From contig CAWDML010000003.1 of the NCBI GenBank assembly GCA_963803435.1, positions 96,001 to 160,000 on the forward strand: a stretch of 64,000 bases of DNA. Direction: 5' to 3'. The position numbers and the translations under genes were made by a program. The notes beneath the pieces were generated by a model. It saw only the letters and a program-made list of their open reading frames with translations, searched no databases and was not told the origin of the DNA. The DNA is from an uncultured delta proteobacterium (GTDB lineage Bacteria > Myxococcota > Kuafuiibacteriia > Kuafuiibacteriales > Kuafuiibacteriaceae). This document shows positions 50,091 to 61,045 of this stretch, in pieces; position 1 is the first letter of the stretch; every line of letters starts with the position of its first letter.

Positions 50091-51983
50091 CTACTCCCGC
50101 TTCTTCAGGACCGCCTTCGTCTCGATCCTCTTCCCGTCGCGGACGTACACGACCACCACCTCGTCGCCGGGCGCGTGCTCGCGGAGCGCGATGGTCATGT
50201 CCTGGAGGTTTCGCACCTCGTACTCGCCGAACTTCACGATCACGTCGCCCTTCTTGACCCCGGCCTTCGAGGCCGGGCTCCCCTCGCGCACGCCCGAGAG
50301 CAGGACGCCGTTCTCGGTCTCACCGAAGTCCGGGATCGAGCCGAAGTACGGCCCGTAGCCGCGGCCGCCTTCGGCGAGCTTCGGCGCCGGCGCTCTCACG
50401 TAGGTCAGCCGCGTCTTCGCCATCGCCAGCGCGCGCACCAGATCGGTCGCGACCGAGCCGACCTCGGCCATCCCGGGGTAGTTGAGCGTGTCTGCGTCGT
50501 CGGTCGGCTTGTGATAGCGCGAGTGTGCGCCGGTGAAGAGGAACAGCACCGGGACGCCGGCGGCGTAGAACGAGGTCTGGTCGCTGGGCCCGTAGCCGTC
50601 GCCGCCCAGGTTGCCGGCGAGGCCGTGGTCGGCGACCAAGCGCCTCGCGAAGTCCTCGAGCTCGAGGGCGGTCTTCACGCCCATCACGTAGAGCTTCTTC
50701 TCGCGGAGGTGCCCGACCATGTCGAGGTTGATCATGGCGGCGACGTCCTTGATCGGAACGGGCGGATTCTTCACCAGGTGGGCGCTGCCGAGCAGGCCGC
50801 TCTCCTCGCCGGCGAACAGCACGAACAGCACGCCTCGGCTCAGGGGGTCCTTCATCTTCACGATGGCGCGGGCTGCCTCCACCACCACTGCGGTGCCGGA
50901 CGCGTTGTCGTCGGCGCCATTGTGGATCTGGGGCTCGTCGCCGTCGGCGAGCGAGTCGGAGCTGCCGTATCCGAGGTGGTCGTAGTGGGCGCCGATCACG
51001 ATCCACTCCTTGGCGCCACCCTCGGGCACCAGGATCCCGCCGACGTTGTCGACGGTCCGGCGCTCGCGGATGATCTCGGTCTGGATGGAGGGCGCCGGCG
51101 TGGAGGCGCTCCGGCTGTGCGGCCGGTAGTCGGCGTCGATGGCCTTCTTCAGGGCGGTGACGTCGAACCCGAGCAGGCGGCTCGCCGCCGGCGTGGTCAT
51201 CTCGACGGAGACGATCCCGGCGTCGCTCTCGGGATCGAGCCTGCGGCGCAGCTTCTTGAGCTTGGTCCGCACCAGGATGAGCGCGGCCGCCTTCTCGTGG
51301 CGGGCCACCAGGACCTTTCTGCGGATCGATGACGCCGGCGTGGTCTTCCGGCCGTCGAACGGGCTCTTCGGATCGTCCTCGCCCGGCTCGCCGTCGAGTA
51401 TCACGACGACCTTCCCGGCCACGTCCAGCCCCTCGTAGTCGTCATACTTGTACTGGTCGGCGCGGATGCCGTAGCCCGCGAACACCAGCGCGCCGCTCGC
51501 GGTGCCGGTCCGCGAGAACGGGAAGGGACGGAAGTCGGTACCGGCTCGGAGCTTCGTCTTGCCCTGGACGAGCGCGTTCTTCTTGCCCAGCTGGGTGCCG
51601 ACCAGCATCTCGAACGGTTGCCGGTAGCTGTCGCCGAACGCGGGCGCGAGGCCGATCTCGCGGAGCTGCTTCTCGAGGTAGTCGGCGGCGACGTGGATGC
51701 CGCGGGTGGCGGCGCCGCGGCCCTCGAGGGCGTCGCTGGCGAGGAGGGTGACGTGGGCGCGCAGCGCGTCGGCCGAGAGGCTGGCGGTCTTCGTGAGCGT
51801 CACCGTCAGCGGCACCACCCCGGGCTGGCTCGCCGGCCGGCTCGCGGGTCCCCTTGTGGCAAAGCCCTCGGAGGCCGCCCCTGGGGCTGAGGTCGGTGCG
51901 GGTGGGGACGGGCGCTCGCTCGTCTTCGGGCATCCCGCGAGGGTCAGGGCGAGGACGCATGCACGTCCCAGATGGCCGTTCAC
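50091..51983 (-). CDS. M28 family peptidase with PA and PDZ domains, lipoprotein
   Basis: Lipobox LAGC; GAHYDHLG, GADDNASG, GEESGLLGS, NLDMVG, YHKPTD; C-terminal PDZ (GSPASKAG). Confidence 0.9.
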   Translation of the reverse strand: MNGHLGRACVLALTLAGCPKTSERPSPPAPTSAPGAASEGFATRGPASRPASQPGVVPLTVTLTKTASLSADALRAHVTLLASDALEGRGAATRGIHVAADYLEKQLREIGLAPAFGDSYRQPFEMLVGTQLGKKNALVQGKTKLRAGTDFRPFPFSRTGTASGALVFAGYGIRADQYKYDDYEGLDVAGKVVVILDGEPGEDDPKSPFDGRKTTPASSIRRKVLVARHEKAAALILVRTKLKKLRRRLDPESDAGIVSVEMTTPAASRLLGFDVTALKKAIDADYRPHSRSASTPAPSIQTEIIRERRTVDNVGGILVPEGGAKEWIVIGAHYDHLGYGSSDSLADGDEPQIHNGADDNASGTAVVVEAARAIVKMKDPLSRGVLFVLFAGEESGLLGSAHLVKNPPVPIKDVAAMINLDMVGHLREKKLYVMGVKTALELEDFARRLVADHGLAGNLGGDGYGPSDQTSFYAAGVPVLFLFTGAHSRYHKPTDDADTLNYPGMAEVGSVATDLVRALAMAKTRLTYVRAPAPKLAEGGRGYGPYFGSIPDFGETENGVLLSGVREGSPASKAGVKKGDVIVKFGEYEVRNLQDMTIALREHAPGDEVVVVYVRDGKRIETKAVLKKRE

Positions 51984-52098
51984 GGGCCGCTCAAAACACG
52001 TCGGCGGGGGTCCGAGCAACGTGGGTGTCGGAGTAGGTGGGACCCCCGCGGGGTGAAACTCGACGTCGGTTCCGGGACCGTGCTACACCAGCTTCCCT

Positions 52099-55000
52099 AT
52101 GCCAGAAGGCCAGGATCTGGAGGCAAAGGCTCCGGAGAGCTCGGCCGACGTTCTCCCTTCGGACGGGCGTGAGGCCAACGGGCACAGCTTGCCCGAAGAG
52201 CTGGACATCCCGGTCGACGAGGCGCCGCCGCACCCCGAACCCGTGAAACCGGTCACAGGTGACGTGTCCGTCCAGATCAACCCCGCCGATCTCCCGCCCT
52301 TGTTGCCGGTGGGCGAGGCGCGGGCCGAGCCGCCCTTCGAGCCGAAGGTCCCCGAGGAAGCGGCCCGCTGGGAGCAGGTCATCGTCGAGTACGAGCGCGA
52401 AGCCGCTGCGCTCGGGAACGAGGCCCGGGCCGCCAGCCTGTACCTCGAGATCGGTCGCATCTACGAGGAGCAGCTCGCGAAGCCCCGGAACGCCGCCACC
52501 TCCTATCAGCGGGCGTTCAACCTCAACCCGCGGTCGCTGGACATCCTCCACGCGTCGCGCCGGTTGTTCACCGAGGTCGGCAACTGGGCGATGGTCGTCC
52601 AGATCCTCGGCTACGAGATCGAGTGCGCCGAGTCGATCGAGCGCAAGGCCACCCTCTTCGCAGAGAAGGGGACCATCCTGGAGGAGAAGCTGCGGAACGT
52701 GGAGGAGGCGCAGAAGGCCTTCCGCCAGGCGCTCGAGGCCTGGTCCGCCGAGCCGCTCGCGATCAACGCGCTCGAGCGGATGCACCTGTTCCGCAAGGAG
52801 TACGACCAGCTGTACCGGGTGTACGAGCGCGCGATCGCCGCCACCTCCCGGCCCGAGCGCAAGCTCCCGCTCCTGGTCGCCGCCGCCCAGCTCGCCGAGG
52901 ATCGACTCGACGATCTGGAGGGCGCCGTCCGGCACTACTTCGAGATCCTGGACAGCGATCCGACCAACCCGCTGGCGCTGTCCGCGCTGCGGCGCATGAC
53001 CGCGCAAACCGGGGACTACGAGCGGCTGGTGGACGTCATGATCCGCTCCGCCGAGGTCACCGAGGATCCGGACGAGGCCGCCACCCACCTGCTCTCCGCG
53101 GCGCGCGTGCAGCACGAGAAGATGGGACAGATCGATCGCGCGCTGCTCTCGCTCCTCAAGGCCCTCGAGCATGCCCCCGAGAGCCTGACGATCCTCAAGG
53201 AGATCGAGCTCCTCTACCTCTCCAACGACCGGCCCGACGAGGCGGTGAAGGTGCTCCGGCGCGAGGCCGAGGTCACCACCGAGCCCCGGGATCGGGTCCC
53301 GATCCTCTTCAAGCTGTCCACCTTGCTCGAGGTCGATCTCGAGCTCGGCGAGGAGGCGATCGCGCCCCTCGAGGAGGCGGTCCAGCTGATGCCGGAGTAC
53401 ACCCCGGCGGTGCAGGCGCTCGGGCGCCTGTACACCCGGCTCGAGCTCTGGGAGTCGCTGGCGGCCCTATTCGAAGCAGAGGCGCGCCTCGACGAGGACA
53501 AGAGCGTCGCCGCCGAGAAGCTCTTCAAGCTGGCCGAGATCCAGGAGCTGAAGCTCGAGGAGCCCGAGCGCGCCATCACCACGCTGATGCGGCTCCTCGA
53601 GTGGCGTCCCGACTATCAGCCGGGCCGCAAGTACCTCGAGCAGCTGCTCCAGTCGCGCGAGCGGTGGGCCGAGCTGATCGAGCTGTACGAGGAAGAGATC
53701 GATCTGCTGGGCGCCCACGACGAGGACCAGAAGGTCTTCCTCCTGGGACGCATCGGGATGATCGCCGAGGACAAGCTGGCGGCGATCGACAAGGCGGTGC
53801 TGGCCTTCGAACGGATCCTCGAGCTGGTCCCCAGGCACCTGCACGCCATTCGCACGCTGGCGCGGCTCGCAGAGAAGCGCGAGGCCTGGACCGAGGTCGT
53901 GCGGCTGCTCGATCTGGAGACCGAGGCGACGGCCGATCAGAAGGAGGTCGTGTCGATCCTCCACCGGTCGGCCCAGATCACCGAGGAGAAGCTGTTCGAT
54001 CGGGAGACCGCGATCACGCTGTACGAGAAGGTGCTGACGCTCAGCCCGACGTATCTCCCCGCCCTGAAGAGCCTCGGCCGCATCTATCACCAGCAGGGGC
54101 GCTGGCACGATCTGCTGACGATGTACCAGCGCGAGCTGGAGGTGTCGAAGTCGGTCGATCGCACCGTCGCGCTGCTGTTCCGCATGGCGGACGTCTTCAC
54201 CGAGAAGCTGTCCGACGAGCCGAAGGCCGCCGAGATCTTCGAGCAGGTGCTCGCGCACGATCCCGACAACCTCCCTGCGATGCGCGCGCTGGAGTCGATC
54301 CACACCCGCCGCGGAGACTTCGAGAAGCTGGCCGACGTCCTGATGCTCGAAGCGGAGCGCGTGAAGGACGACAAGGAGCGGGCGACCGCCCTGATGCGCG
54401 TCGGCGAGCTATGCGAGGAGAAGCTCGACCGGGCCGATCGCGCCGCGGAGGTCTATCAGGAGGTGCTGCGGCTCGAGCACAACTTCGACGCCGCCATCCG
54501 TTCGCTCGTGCGGATCTACTCTGCCGAGGGGATGTGGAACGCGCTCAGCCGCGCGCTGAAGACCGCCTACGATCACGCGAAGAGCGACGACTCGAAGGCC
54601 GCGATCCTGGTCCGTTGCGCGGAGGTCGCCGGCGACAAGCTTGGTAACCTCGACAGCGCCGCGGAGAACCTCGAGCTGGCGCTCGAGCTCCGTCCCAACG
54701 ATCTCACCGTGTTATCGCAGCTCGAGCGCGTGAGCGTGGCGCGGCGCGACTGGCGGCGCGCGATCTCGCTGGCGGAGAAGCTGGCGGAGCACGAGACCGA
54801 TCCGCGGCTGTACGCGTCCCGGCAGATCCGGGTCGCGACGATGAAGGAGACGCAGCTCGAGCCGCCCGAGTCGGGGGCCGAGCACTACCGGCGCGCGCTC
54901 GATCGCGTGCCGAACCACCCGGTGGCGCTGCGTGCGCTCGAGCTGGCCTACCTGAAGGCGGCCAACTGGGCCGGCCTCGCCAGCTTCTATCACCGTGAGG

Positions 55001-57312
55001 CGATGGTGACCCGCGATCCCGATCGACAGGCGACGCTGTTCTGTCGGGCCGCCGACCTGGCGGAGCACCGACTGCAGAACGACAGCCTGGCGGCCGAGAT
55101 GTACGCCTCGGCGCTGGGCGCGAACCCGAAGCACCTGCCCGCGGTCCGCGGCCGGCGGCGGCTGGCGGAGAGGATGGGCGACGCCCACGCGGCGCTCGAG
55201 TGCATCCGCGCGGAGGGAGAGGCGACCGCCGATCCCGATCACGCGCGCGAGCTGCTCTTCCAGGCGGGTCAGCTCTACCAGGACAAGTTCCAGGATCTGG
55301 CGCAGGCCGTCTCCACCTACGAGAAGGTCCTGGCGGTAGCTCCGGACCACCTGGCGGCGTTCAACCGGCTCGAGGCGATCTACCTCGAGCAGGAGTCGTG
55401 GGCGCCGATGCTCGACCTGCTGGAGAAGAGGGCACACGCGCTGGCCGATCCGGCGGAGCAGGCGAAGCTCTACGTGGCCGCCGGGCAGATCGCGCAGGAC
55501 CGCTTGCAGGACGTCGACCACGCGATGCGCCTCTATCAGGAGGTGCTCTCGCGCGACCCGAAGCACTCGGTCGCGCTGGTGCGGACCGGCCCGATCCTCT
55601 TCGCCCGGCAGGAGTGGGATCAGGCCATCGACGTCTTCCACAAGACGCTGGCGGTCAGCAAGGAAACCAAGGTCCTGGTCGTCGCGTTCAAGTCGCTCGG
55701 GATCATCTATCAGGAGCACCGGCAGGATCTGGTGAAGTGCGTGCAGTCGTTCCAGGCGGCGCTGCAGGCGAACCCGTCGGACGTCGAGTGTCTCGAACGG
55801 CTGGCGTCGGTGTACCAGGAGGCCCAGGACTGGGCGAGCGCGATCAACGTGCTGCTGCGTCTCGCGGACGTCCAGGAGAAGCCGAAGAAGAAGGTCGAGA
55901 CCCTGTTGACGCTCGCGCACATCTACCAGATGGGCGCTCAGGATCGGCGTAACGCGATCCTGGCGAACCGCAAGGCCCTCGAGATCGAGCCGACCAACCA
56001 GACCGCGATCCTGCGCCTGTCCGACCTCTACGAGGCCGAGCAGGACTGGCAGAGCCTGGCGGACGTGACCGCGACGTACGTGCGGTTGTTGCCGCCCGAG
56101 CAGAAGGAGAAGGCGGCGCCGCTCCACTTGAAGATGGCCGACGTCTTCGAGAAGAAGATCGGAGACGACGCCCGCGCGATCAACGCGCTGAAGTACGCGC
56201 TCGAGGCCCAGCCCGAGAACGTGGGGGCGCTGGAGCGGCTGGCGAGCCTGTACTCGAAGAAGGCCGACACCTTCCCGCAGGCGGTCGACGTGCACCGGCG
56301 CCTCCTGTTAGTCGATCCGTTCCGCATCGAGAGCTACCACGCGATGCACGAGATGTTCTCGCGCACCAAGCAGATCGATCGGGCGTTCGTGTTGGCGGAG
56401 ATCCTGGTGTTCCTCCGGGCGGCGAAGCAGGAGGAGGACCTCTTCTACCACGAGCACAAGGCGAAGGTGCTCGCGTACGCCGAGGGCGCGCTCGATGCGG
56501 CGACGCACGATCGACTGGTCACACACCCGGGTGAGCGCGGTGCGATCCGCGCCGTCCTCGAGGTCCTGAGCACCGAGCTGGTCAAGGCGTATCCGGGCAA
56601 CCTGGCGCAGTATGACGTGGCGAAGAACGATCGCTACGGGCCCCGCGGCGATCACGGGCTCCGCTCGGTGGCGAACCGCGTGGCGCTCACGCTGGGCGTG
56701 CCGCAGTTCGATCTGCTGATGACGCGCACGACCGATCTCGGGATCTTCATCGAGAACGATCGACCGCCGGCGTTGATCGTCGGCGCCAGCGTCGACCGCA
56801 TCCAGGACAAGGACCAGCGCTTCCTCTTGGGGCGCGCGCTCGAGCGGCTGAAGGGCGGGCACCACCTGCTCGACACCATTCCCCCCAAGGAGATGGAGAC
56901 GCTGCTCTGGACCATCGCGAAGTGGGCCAACCCGGGCGCGCAGATCCCGATCGATCCGGCCTCGCTGGACTCGATGCAGCGGAAGCTCGCCAAGGCGCTC
57001 TCCAGCCGCGCGCGCAAGGTCCTGGAGGAGATTGGACGCCACCTCACGAGTGCCCACATCGATGTGGCGAAGCACCGGGCGGCGGCGGCGCTGACCGCCA
57101 ACCGTGCCGGGATGGTGGTCACGAACGACGTCGAGGTCGCGGTGCGCAACATCGCCCGCGACTATCCGGACGTGCGGCCCGTGTTCACCGACGCCCACGG
57201 GGCCGCCCGCACCCTGGGCAAGATTCCCGAGGTCAAAGAGATCCTCAACTACGCCGTGACCGAGGAGTACTTCCAGGCCCGCGCGCATCTCCAGATCGCG
57301 ATCCGCGAGTGA
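52099..57312 (+). CDS. Giant tetratricopeptide-repeat protein (myxobacterial gliding-motility TPR-like)
   Basis: 1737 aa of repeated helical units (A...Y..AL...P....A...L..L). Confidence 0.85.
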   Translation: MPEGQDLEAKAPESSADVLPSDGREANGHSLPEELDIPVDEAPPHPEPVKPVTGDVSVQINPADLPPLLPVGEARAEPPFEPKVPEEAARWEQVIVEYEREAAALGNEARAASLYLEIGRIYEEQLAKPRNAATSYQRAFNLNPRSLDILHASRRLFTEVGNWAMVVQILGYEIECAESIERKATLFAEKGTILEEKLRNVEEAQKAFRQALEAWSAEPLAINALERMHLFRKEYDQLYRVYERAIAATSRPERKLPLLVAAAQLAEDRLDDLEGAVRHYFEILDSDPTNPLALSALRRMTAQTGDYERLVDVMIRSAEVTEDPDEAATHLLSAARVQHEKMGQIDRALLSLLKALEHAPESLTILKEIELLYLSNDRPDEAVKVLRREAEVTTEPRDRVPILFKLSTLLEVDLELGEEAIAPLEEAVQLMPEYTPAVQALGRLYTRLELWESLAALFEAEARLDEDKSVAAEKLFKLAEIQELKLEEPERAITTLMRLLEWRPDYQPGRKYLEQLLQSRERWAELIELYEEEIDLLGAHDEDQKVFLLGRIGMIAEDKLAAIDKAVLAFERILELVPRHLHAIRTLARLAEKREAWTEVVRLLDLETEATADQKEVVSILHRSAQITEEKLFDRETAITLYEKVLTLSPTYLPALKSLGRIYHQQGRWHDLLTMYQRELEVSKSVDRTVALLFRMADVFTEKLSDEPKAAEIFEQVLAHDPDNLPAMRALESIHTRRGDFEKLADVLMLEAERVKDDKERATALMRVGELCEEKLDRADRAAEVYQEVLRLEHNFDAAIRSLVRIYSAEGMWNALSRALKTAYDHAKSDDSKAAILVRCAEVAGDKLGNLDSAAENLELALELRPNDLTVLSQLERVSVARRDWRRAISLAEKLAEHETDPRLYASRQIRVATMKETQLEPPESGAEHYRRALDRVPNHPVALRALELAYLKAANWAGLASFYHREAMVTRDPDRQATLFCRAADLAEHRLQNDSLAAEMYASALGANPKHLPAVRGRRRLAERMGDAHAALECIRAEGEATADPDHARELLFQAGQLYQDKFQDLAQAVSTYEKVLAVAPDHLAAFNRLEAIYLEQESWAPMLDLLEKRAHALADPAEQAKLYVAAGQIAQDRLQDVDHAMRLYQEVLSRDPKHSVALVRTGPILFARQEWDQAIDVFHKTLAVSKETKVLVVAFKSLGIIYQEHRQDLVKCVQSFQAALQANPSDVECLERLASVYQEAQDWASAINVLLRLADVQEKPKKKVETLLTLAHIYQMGAQDRRNAILANRKALEIEPTNQTAILRLSDLYEAEQDWQSLADVTATYVRLLPPEQKEKAAPLHLKMADVFEKKIGDDARAINALKYALEAQPENVGALERLASLYSKKADTFPQAVDVHRRLLLVDPFRIESYHAMHEMFSRTKQIDRAFVLAEILVFLRAAKQEEDLFYHEHKAKVLAYAEGALDAATHDRLVTHPGERGAIRAVLEVLSTELVKAYPGNLAQYDVAKNDRYGPRGDHGLRSVANRVALTLGVPQFDLLMTRTTDLGIFIENDRPPALIVGASVDRIQDKDQRFLLGRALERLKGGHHLLDTIPPKEMETLLWTIAKWANPGAQIPIDPASLDSMQRKLAKALSSRARKVLEEIGRHLTSAHIDVAKHRAAAALTANRAGMVVTNDVEVAVRNIARDYPDVRPVFTDAHGAARTLGKIPEVKEILNYAVTEEYFQARAHLQIAIRE

Positions 57313-57328
57313 AGATCCGCTGAATCGA

Positions 57329-58375
57329 TCATTGCTCGACGGAGAAGTCGAGGGCGACGATCGTGTCGCCGACCGCCAGATATACGAACCCGAGCTCGCC
57401 CTCGGCCACCTGAAGGGACGGCGGCCCCGCCAGCGTGAAGGTGGCGAGCTCCTCGCCGGTCCCGAGATTGAGCAGATGCACCGTGCCGGCGCTGTCGAAG
57501 ATCGCGACGCGACCGTCCATCACGTGGGCCTCCGTGTCGATCGGAGGGCCAGCGGTGAACGACCAGACGACCTCGCCGGCGGTGTCGAGGAGCTCGACGA
57601 TTCCGTCCTCACCCCAGGCGAGGACCCGCCCGTCTCCGAGGATTTGCGTGCCAGTGACGCGGGCTTGTCGGGGATGGGAGAAGACTTCGGCCCCGGAGGC
57701 CTCGAACAGCTTCACTCCCGCCAGGTGGCCGACCGAGACGCGGCCCTCACCGACGCTCACGCCGCCGGCGGACTCGCCGACCGGCTGGTCGAACACCGTC
57801 TCGCCGCCGGGGGAGATGCCGACGAGATGGCCGGGCGTGAACACCGCCGCGAAGGTGGTGCCGTCGCCGGCGACGGCGGGGGCCGAGTCGATCGGTCCGC
57901 CGAGCGGGACGTCGAACACGGTGGTGCCGTCGGGCTGCATCGCGAACAGCCGGCCCGAGGTCGATCCGACCCGGAGCGTCCGGTCGGGGGCCACCACCAG
58001 GGGGCTGGTGACGCCGAGCGGCGAGGCGGGCGCGAGCGCCTTCTGGATCCCGGAGCCGATCTCGAGGCCCACGACGCGGCCCACCGTCGAGACCAGGAAG
58101 ACCGTGAAGTCCGAAGCGACGGGCGCCCGGCTCGTGGGGAAGGTGCTGTTCGGCCCCTCGATCTTGAGGCCGCTGCCCTCCTCGTGCGTGGTCAGCTCGC
58201 CCATGCTCCCGCTGAGGGCCACCAGGACGCGCTTCTCCGGCCCGATGCCCGGGGGCGCAGGTTCGGCGGCGAAGGTCTGGCTCCACCGCTGGACGATGAT
58301 GACCGGCTTCTTGCCGCCGCAGGCGGTTGCACCGAGGAGGAGCGCGAAGAAGAGGATCGACCGCGAGGCTCGCAC
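57329..58375 (-). CDS. PQQ-like beta-propeller lipoprotein
   Basis: Lipobox ATAC; repeated SPxV...G.L.A...G motifs. Confidence 0.72.
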   Translation of the reverse strand: MRASRSILFFALLLGATACGGKKPVIIVQRWSQTFAAEPAPPGIGPEKRVLVALSGSMGELTTHEEGSGLKIEGPNSTFPTSRAPVASDFTVFLVSTVGRVVGLEIGSGIQKALAPASPLGVTSPLVVAPDRTLRVGSTSGRLFAMQPDGTTVFDVPLGGPIDSAPAVAGDGTTFAAVFTPGHLVGISPGGETVFDQPVGESAGGVSVGEGRVSVGHLAGVKLFEASGAEVFSHPRQARVTGTQILGDGRVLAWGEDGIVELLDTAGEVVWSFTAGPPIDTEAHVMDGRVAIFDSAGTVHLLNLGTGEELATFTLAGPPSLQVAEGELGFVYLAVGDTIVALDFSVEQ

Positions 58376-58440
58376 CCGCGTCGCATCCTACCGCAGTGCT
58401 GTTGCGCTCGGCGACCTTTGGCGATACCCGTCGGTCGATC

Positions 58441-59055
58441 GTGGCCGAACCAGGACGTCCTCGGGCGAACGACCCGATCCTCGGCCTGCCGGGCGAGATC
58501 AAGCCGCTCCGGATCGTGCTCTACGTGGCGCTGCTGTTGTCCGCAGTGTCGGCGCTCTTCCTCGAGGAGCCCCTCGCGGGCGCGGTGCATCGCGGCGCGG
58601 TCTCCGGCGTCTGGTTGTTCCTCCCGCTCGCGCTCTACGGCGTCTTCTTCACCGTGTACGCCGCCGACCGCTGGCTGCTGGTGAAGCGCCGCGGCTACCC
58701 CACGGGCCGCGCCTTCTTCCAGGTGGCCTTCGGGATCGTGTTCGGTCTGTTGCTCTTGCCGTCGACGCTCGGCGCCTGGATGGAGCGCCACCCGGTCGGG
58801 ATCGAACGCCTGATGTCGCACCCGGACCCCGAAGTGCGGACTGTGGCGGTCGAGGCCCTGGGCTTTCGCGGATTCTCGCGAGAGCGCGCCGCCATGGTGG
58901 TGACGCGACTCGACGATCGCGATCCGCGCGTGGCGGAGGCCGCTCGGACAGTCCTCTCCAGGTGGTCGGGGCGAGATCGGAGTGATCTGGCTGGTATCCG
59001 GGCTTGGGCGGGGCGATTATCGGCGACGTCCACGATGACGGAGGGAGCCCGCTGA
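58441..59055 (+). CDS. Membrane protein with C-terminal HEAT repeats
   Basis: Three TMs, then HPDPEVRTVAVEALG and DRDPRVAEAA. Start estimated. Confidence 0.72.
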   Translation: MAEPGRPRANDPILGLPGEIKPLRIVLYVALLLSAVSALFLEEPLAGAVHRGAVSGVWLFLPLALYGVFFTVYAADRWLLVKRRGYPTGRAFFQVAFGIVFGLLLLPSTLGAWMERHPVGIERLMSHPDPEVRTVAVEALGFRGFSRERAAMVVTRLDDRDPRVAEAARTVLSRWSGRDRSDLAGIRAWAGRLSATSTMTEGAR

Positions 59056-61045
59056 TGCGTTGGCAAGTGTCGCTGCAGCTCGCGATCGGGTTCGGCGCGC
59101 TCTTTGGCTTGGCCTATCTGAGCGCCGAGAAGTTCCTCGGGCCGCCGCTCGAGTCGAGCGCCGTCGATTCCGCCGAGGCGCATGCGATCGTGGGCGCCTC
59201 CGAGGTCGCGAGCGCATGGGTGCGCGCGCGTTCCGGTCGCCGTGCGCTGGTGCGAGCGCTGGCTGGCTCGCCGACGTTCCAGGAGTCCGACCGCGACCTC
59301 CTCGGCGCTGCCCTCGAGAGCGCGACCGTGCAGATGGGCGGCGGGAGCGCAGCGCTGGTCCGCGCCGGCGGGGCCATCGTCGCCGGCTTTGGACCGTCGT
59401 CGGACGTCCTGGCACCGCTCGAGTCGGTGAAGGACGCAGAGGGGGGCGCGACGATCGTCCGCATCGAACGGATCGGCGACGAGCTCCACCTGGTGGCGGC
59501 CGCCCCGGTGCTGGGCTCCGACGCGCGGGCCGCCTCGACGCTGGTGCTGGCCTCTCCCGTCGGCGAGAACCAGCTCCACATCTGGACGCGCGGCTTGCCC
59601 CAGGACATCAGTGTCGGCCTGCTCGAGGGCGATCGCATGCTCGCCTCCACCGTGCCGCAGCCCTACCGGAAGGAGCTCCCCAGCCTTGTCGCCCGGGAGG
59701 TGACCGTCGGCGACCGCCGCTTCCGCGTCGCGAAGAACCAGATCGTCGACGACGTCGGCACCATGCTCTCGGTGGTGGGGCTGGCCTCGGTCCAGCCTGT
59801 TGCCAGCTCGGTGGTGATGGAGCGGGCGCGGCTCCTGATCACCCTGCTCGGAGGCATGGCCCTCATCCTCGCGCTGGTGCTTGTCCTGATCGCGCCGAGC
59901 GACAGCGTGCGGGAGCTGATCGAGGACTTCAACCAGAGCACGCGCGATCTGCCCCGGCGAGACACGCAGCCCCTCGAGCCGCTCGAGATCCTGGGCGGGC
60001 CTACCCCGAGCGCGCGCCCTTCGGACCGCGCGCCGGTGGAGCACTATCCGTCGCCGTTCGCGGGATCCGATCCCCGAGTCCGCCTACCCTCCGCCGATCC
60101 CGCTGTCGGACGGCCCGCCGCTGACGCCGCCCGCGCCGTCCTTCTCCACGCCCTCGCTCGAGAGCGTGACACAGCCACAGCCGTCGAAGCGCACCTCGAG
60201 CGATACGCGCCTGGCCCTCGACGCAGAGAAGCGCATCGCGCCGCCTCGCCCGACGCCCGCTCCGCGCCCGGCCCCGGCGCCCTCGCGGGCGTCGGATGAT
60301 CACTACCCGTCCTCCTCGCCGTACGGGGTCCAGGACGCGATCCCTTTGCCGGGAAGCACGCCTCGCGCGAGCCAGATGCCGCCGCCGGCGTCGCCGTTCG
60401 ATCAGAATCGCCGCGGCCGCGTTTGCGCCGCCGCCGCCGTCGCCGCCGCCGCCGGTCCGGTCGGGGCCGAAGGAGGACGATCTCCTCATGCCGAAGGGCG
60501 TCGACCTGGAGGCGATCGCGCGCCAGGCGGCGAAGCAGGGCCCCCCGAAGCACGAGCCGACGGACCTTCCGGGACTGCGATCACCGTACGCGCCCGCGAC
60601 GCCACCGCCGTCGCGGTCGTCCCGCTCCACGGAGGACCTTCCCGGGCTGCGGGCCAACGATCCGGCCGCGCGGATGTTCGACACGGGCAAGCCGGCGCCC
60701 CGGCGCACCTCTGATCCCTGGTCCAACCCGGCCCTGGGCGTCTACTCCACCACGCCGTCCGTCTCGGAGCGGCTCTCGGTTCCGGATCGCGCGCCGAGCA
60801 ATCCGCCGCTCCAGACCGGCCCGACGGCGTTCGACGAGGAGCACTATCGCGTCGTCTACAACGACTTCGTGGCGTCGAAGGCGCGGCTGGGCGAGGTGGT
60901 CGACAACATCACCTACGAAGGCTTCCGCTCCAAGCTTCGCTCCAGCGAGGAGGCGCTGATCGACCGCCACGGCTGCCGAGCGGTTCGCTTCCAGGTGCTG
61001 GTCAAGGACAATACGGTCTCGCTGCGGCCGCAGCTGGTGCGCTGA
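59055..61045 (+). CDS. MXAN_5187-like membrane protein with Pro-rich linker (two apparent frameshifts, ~60073 and ~60407)
   Basis: TM-periplasmic-TM, Pro-rich linker, C-terminal DEEHYRVVYNDFV...GE...ITYEGF...VRFQVLVKD; spread over three successive frames. Confidence 0.72.

Noticed and set aside
60426-60454. GCC triplet run
   Set aside because: It encodes the poly-Pro linker of the MXAN_5187-like protein.
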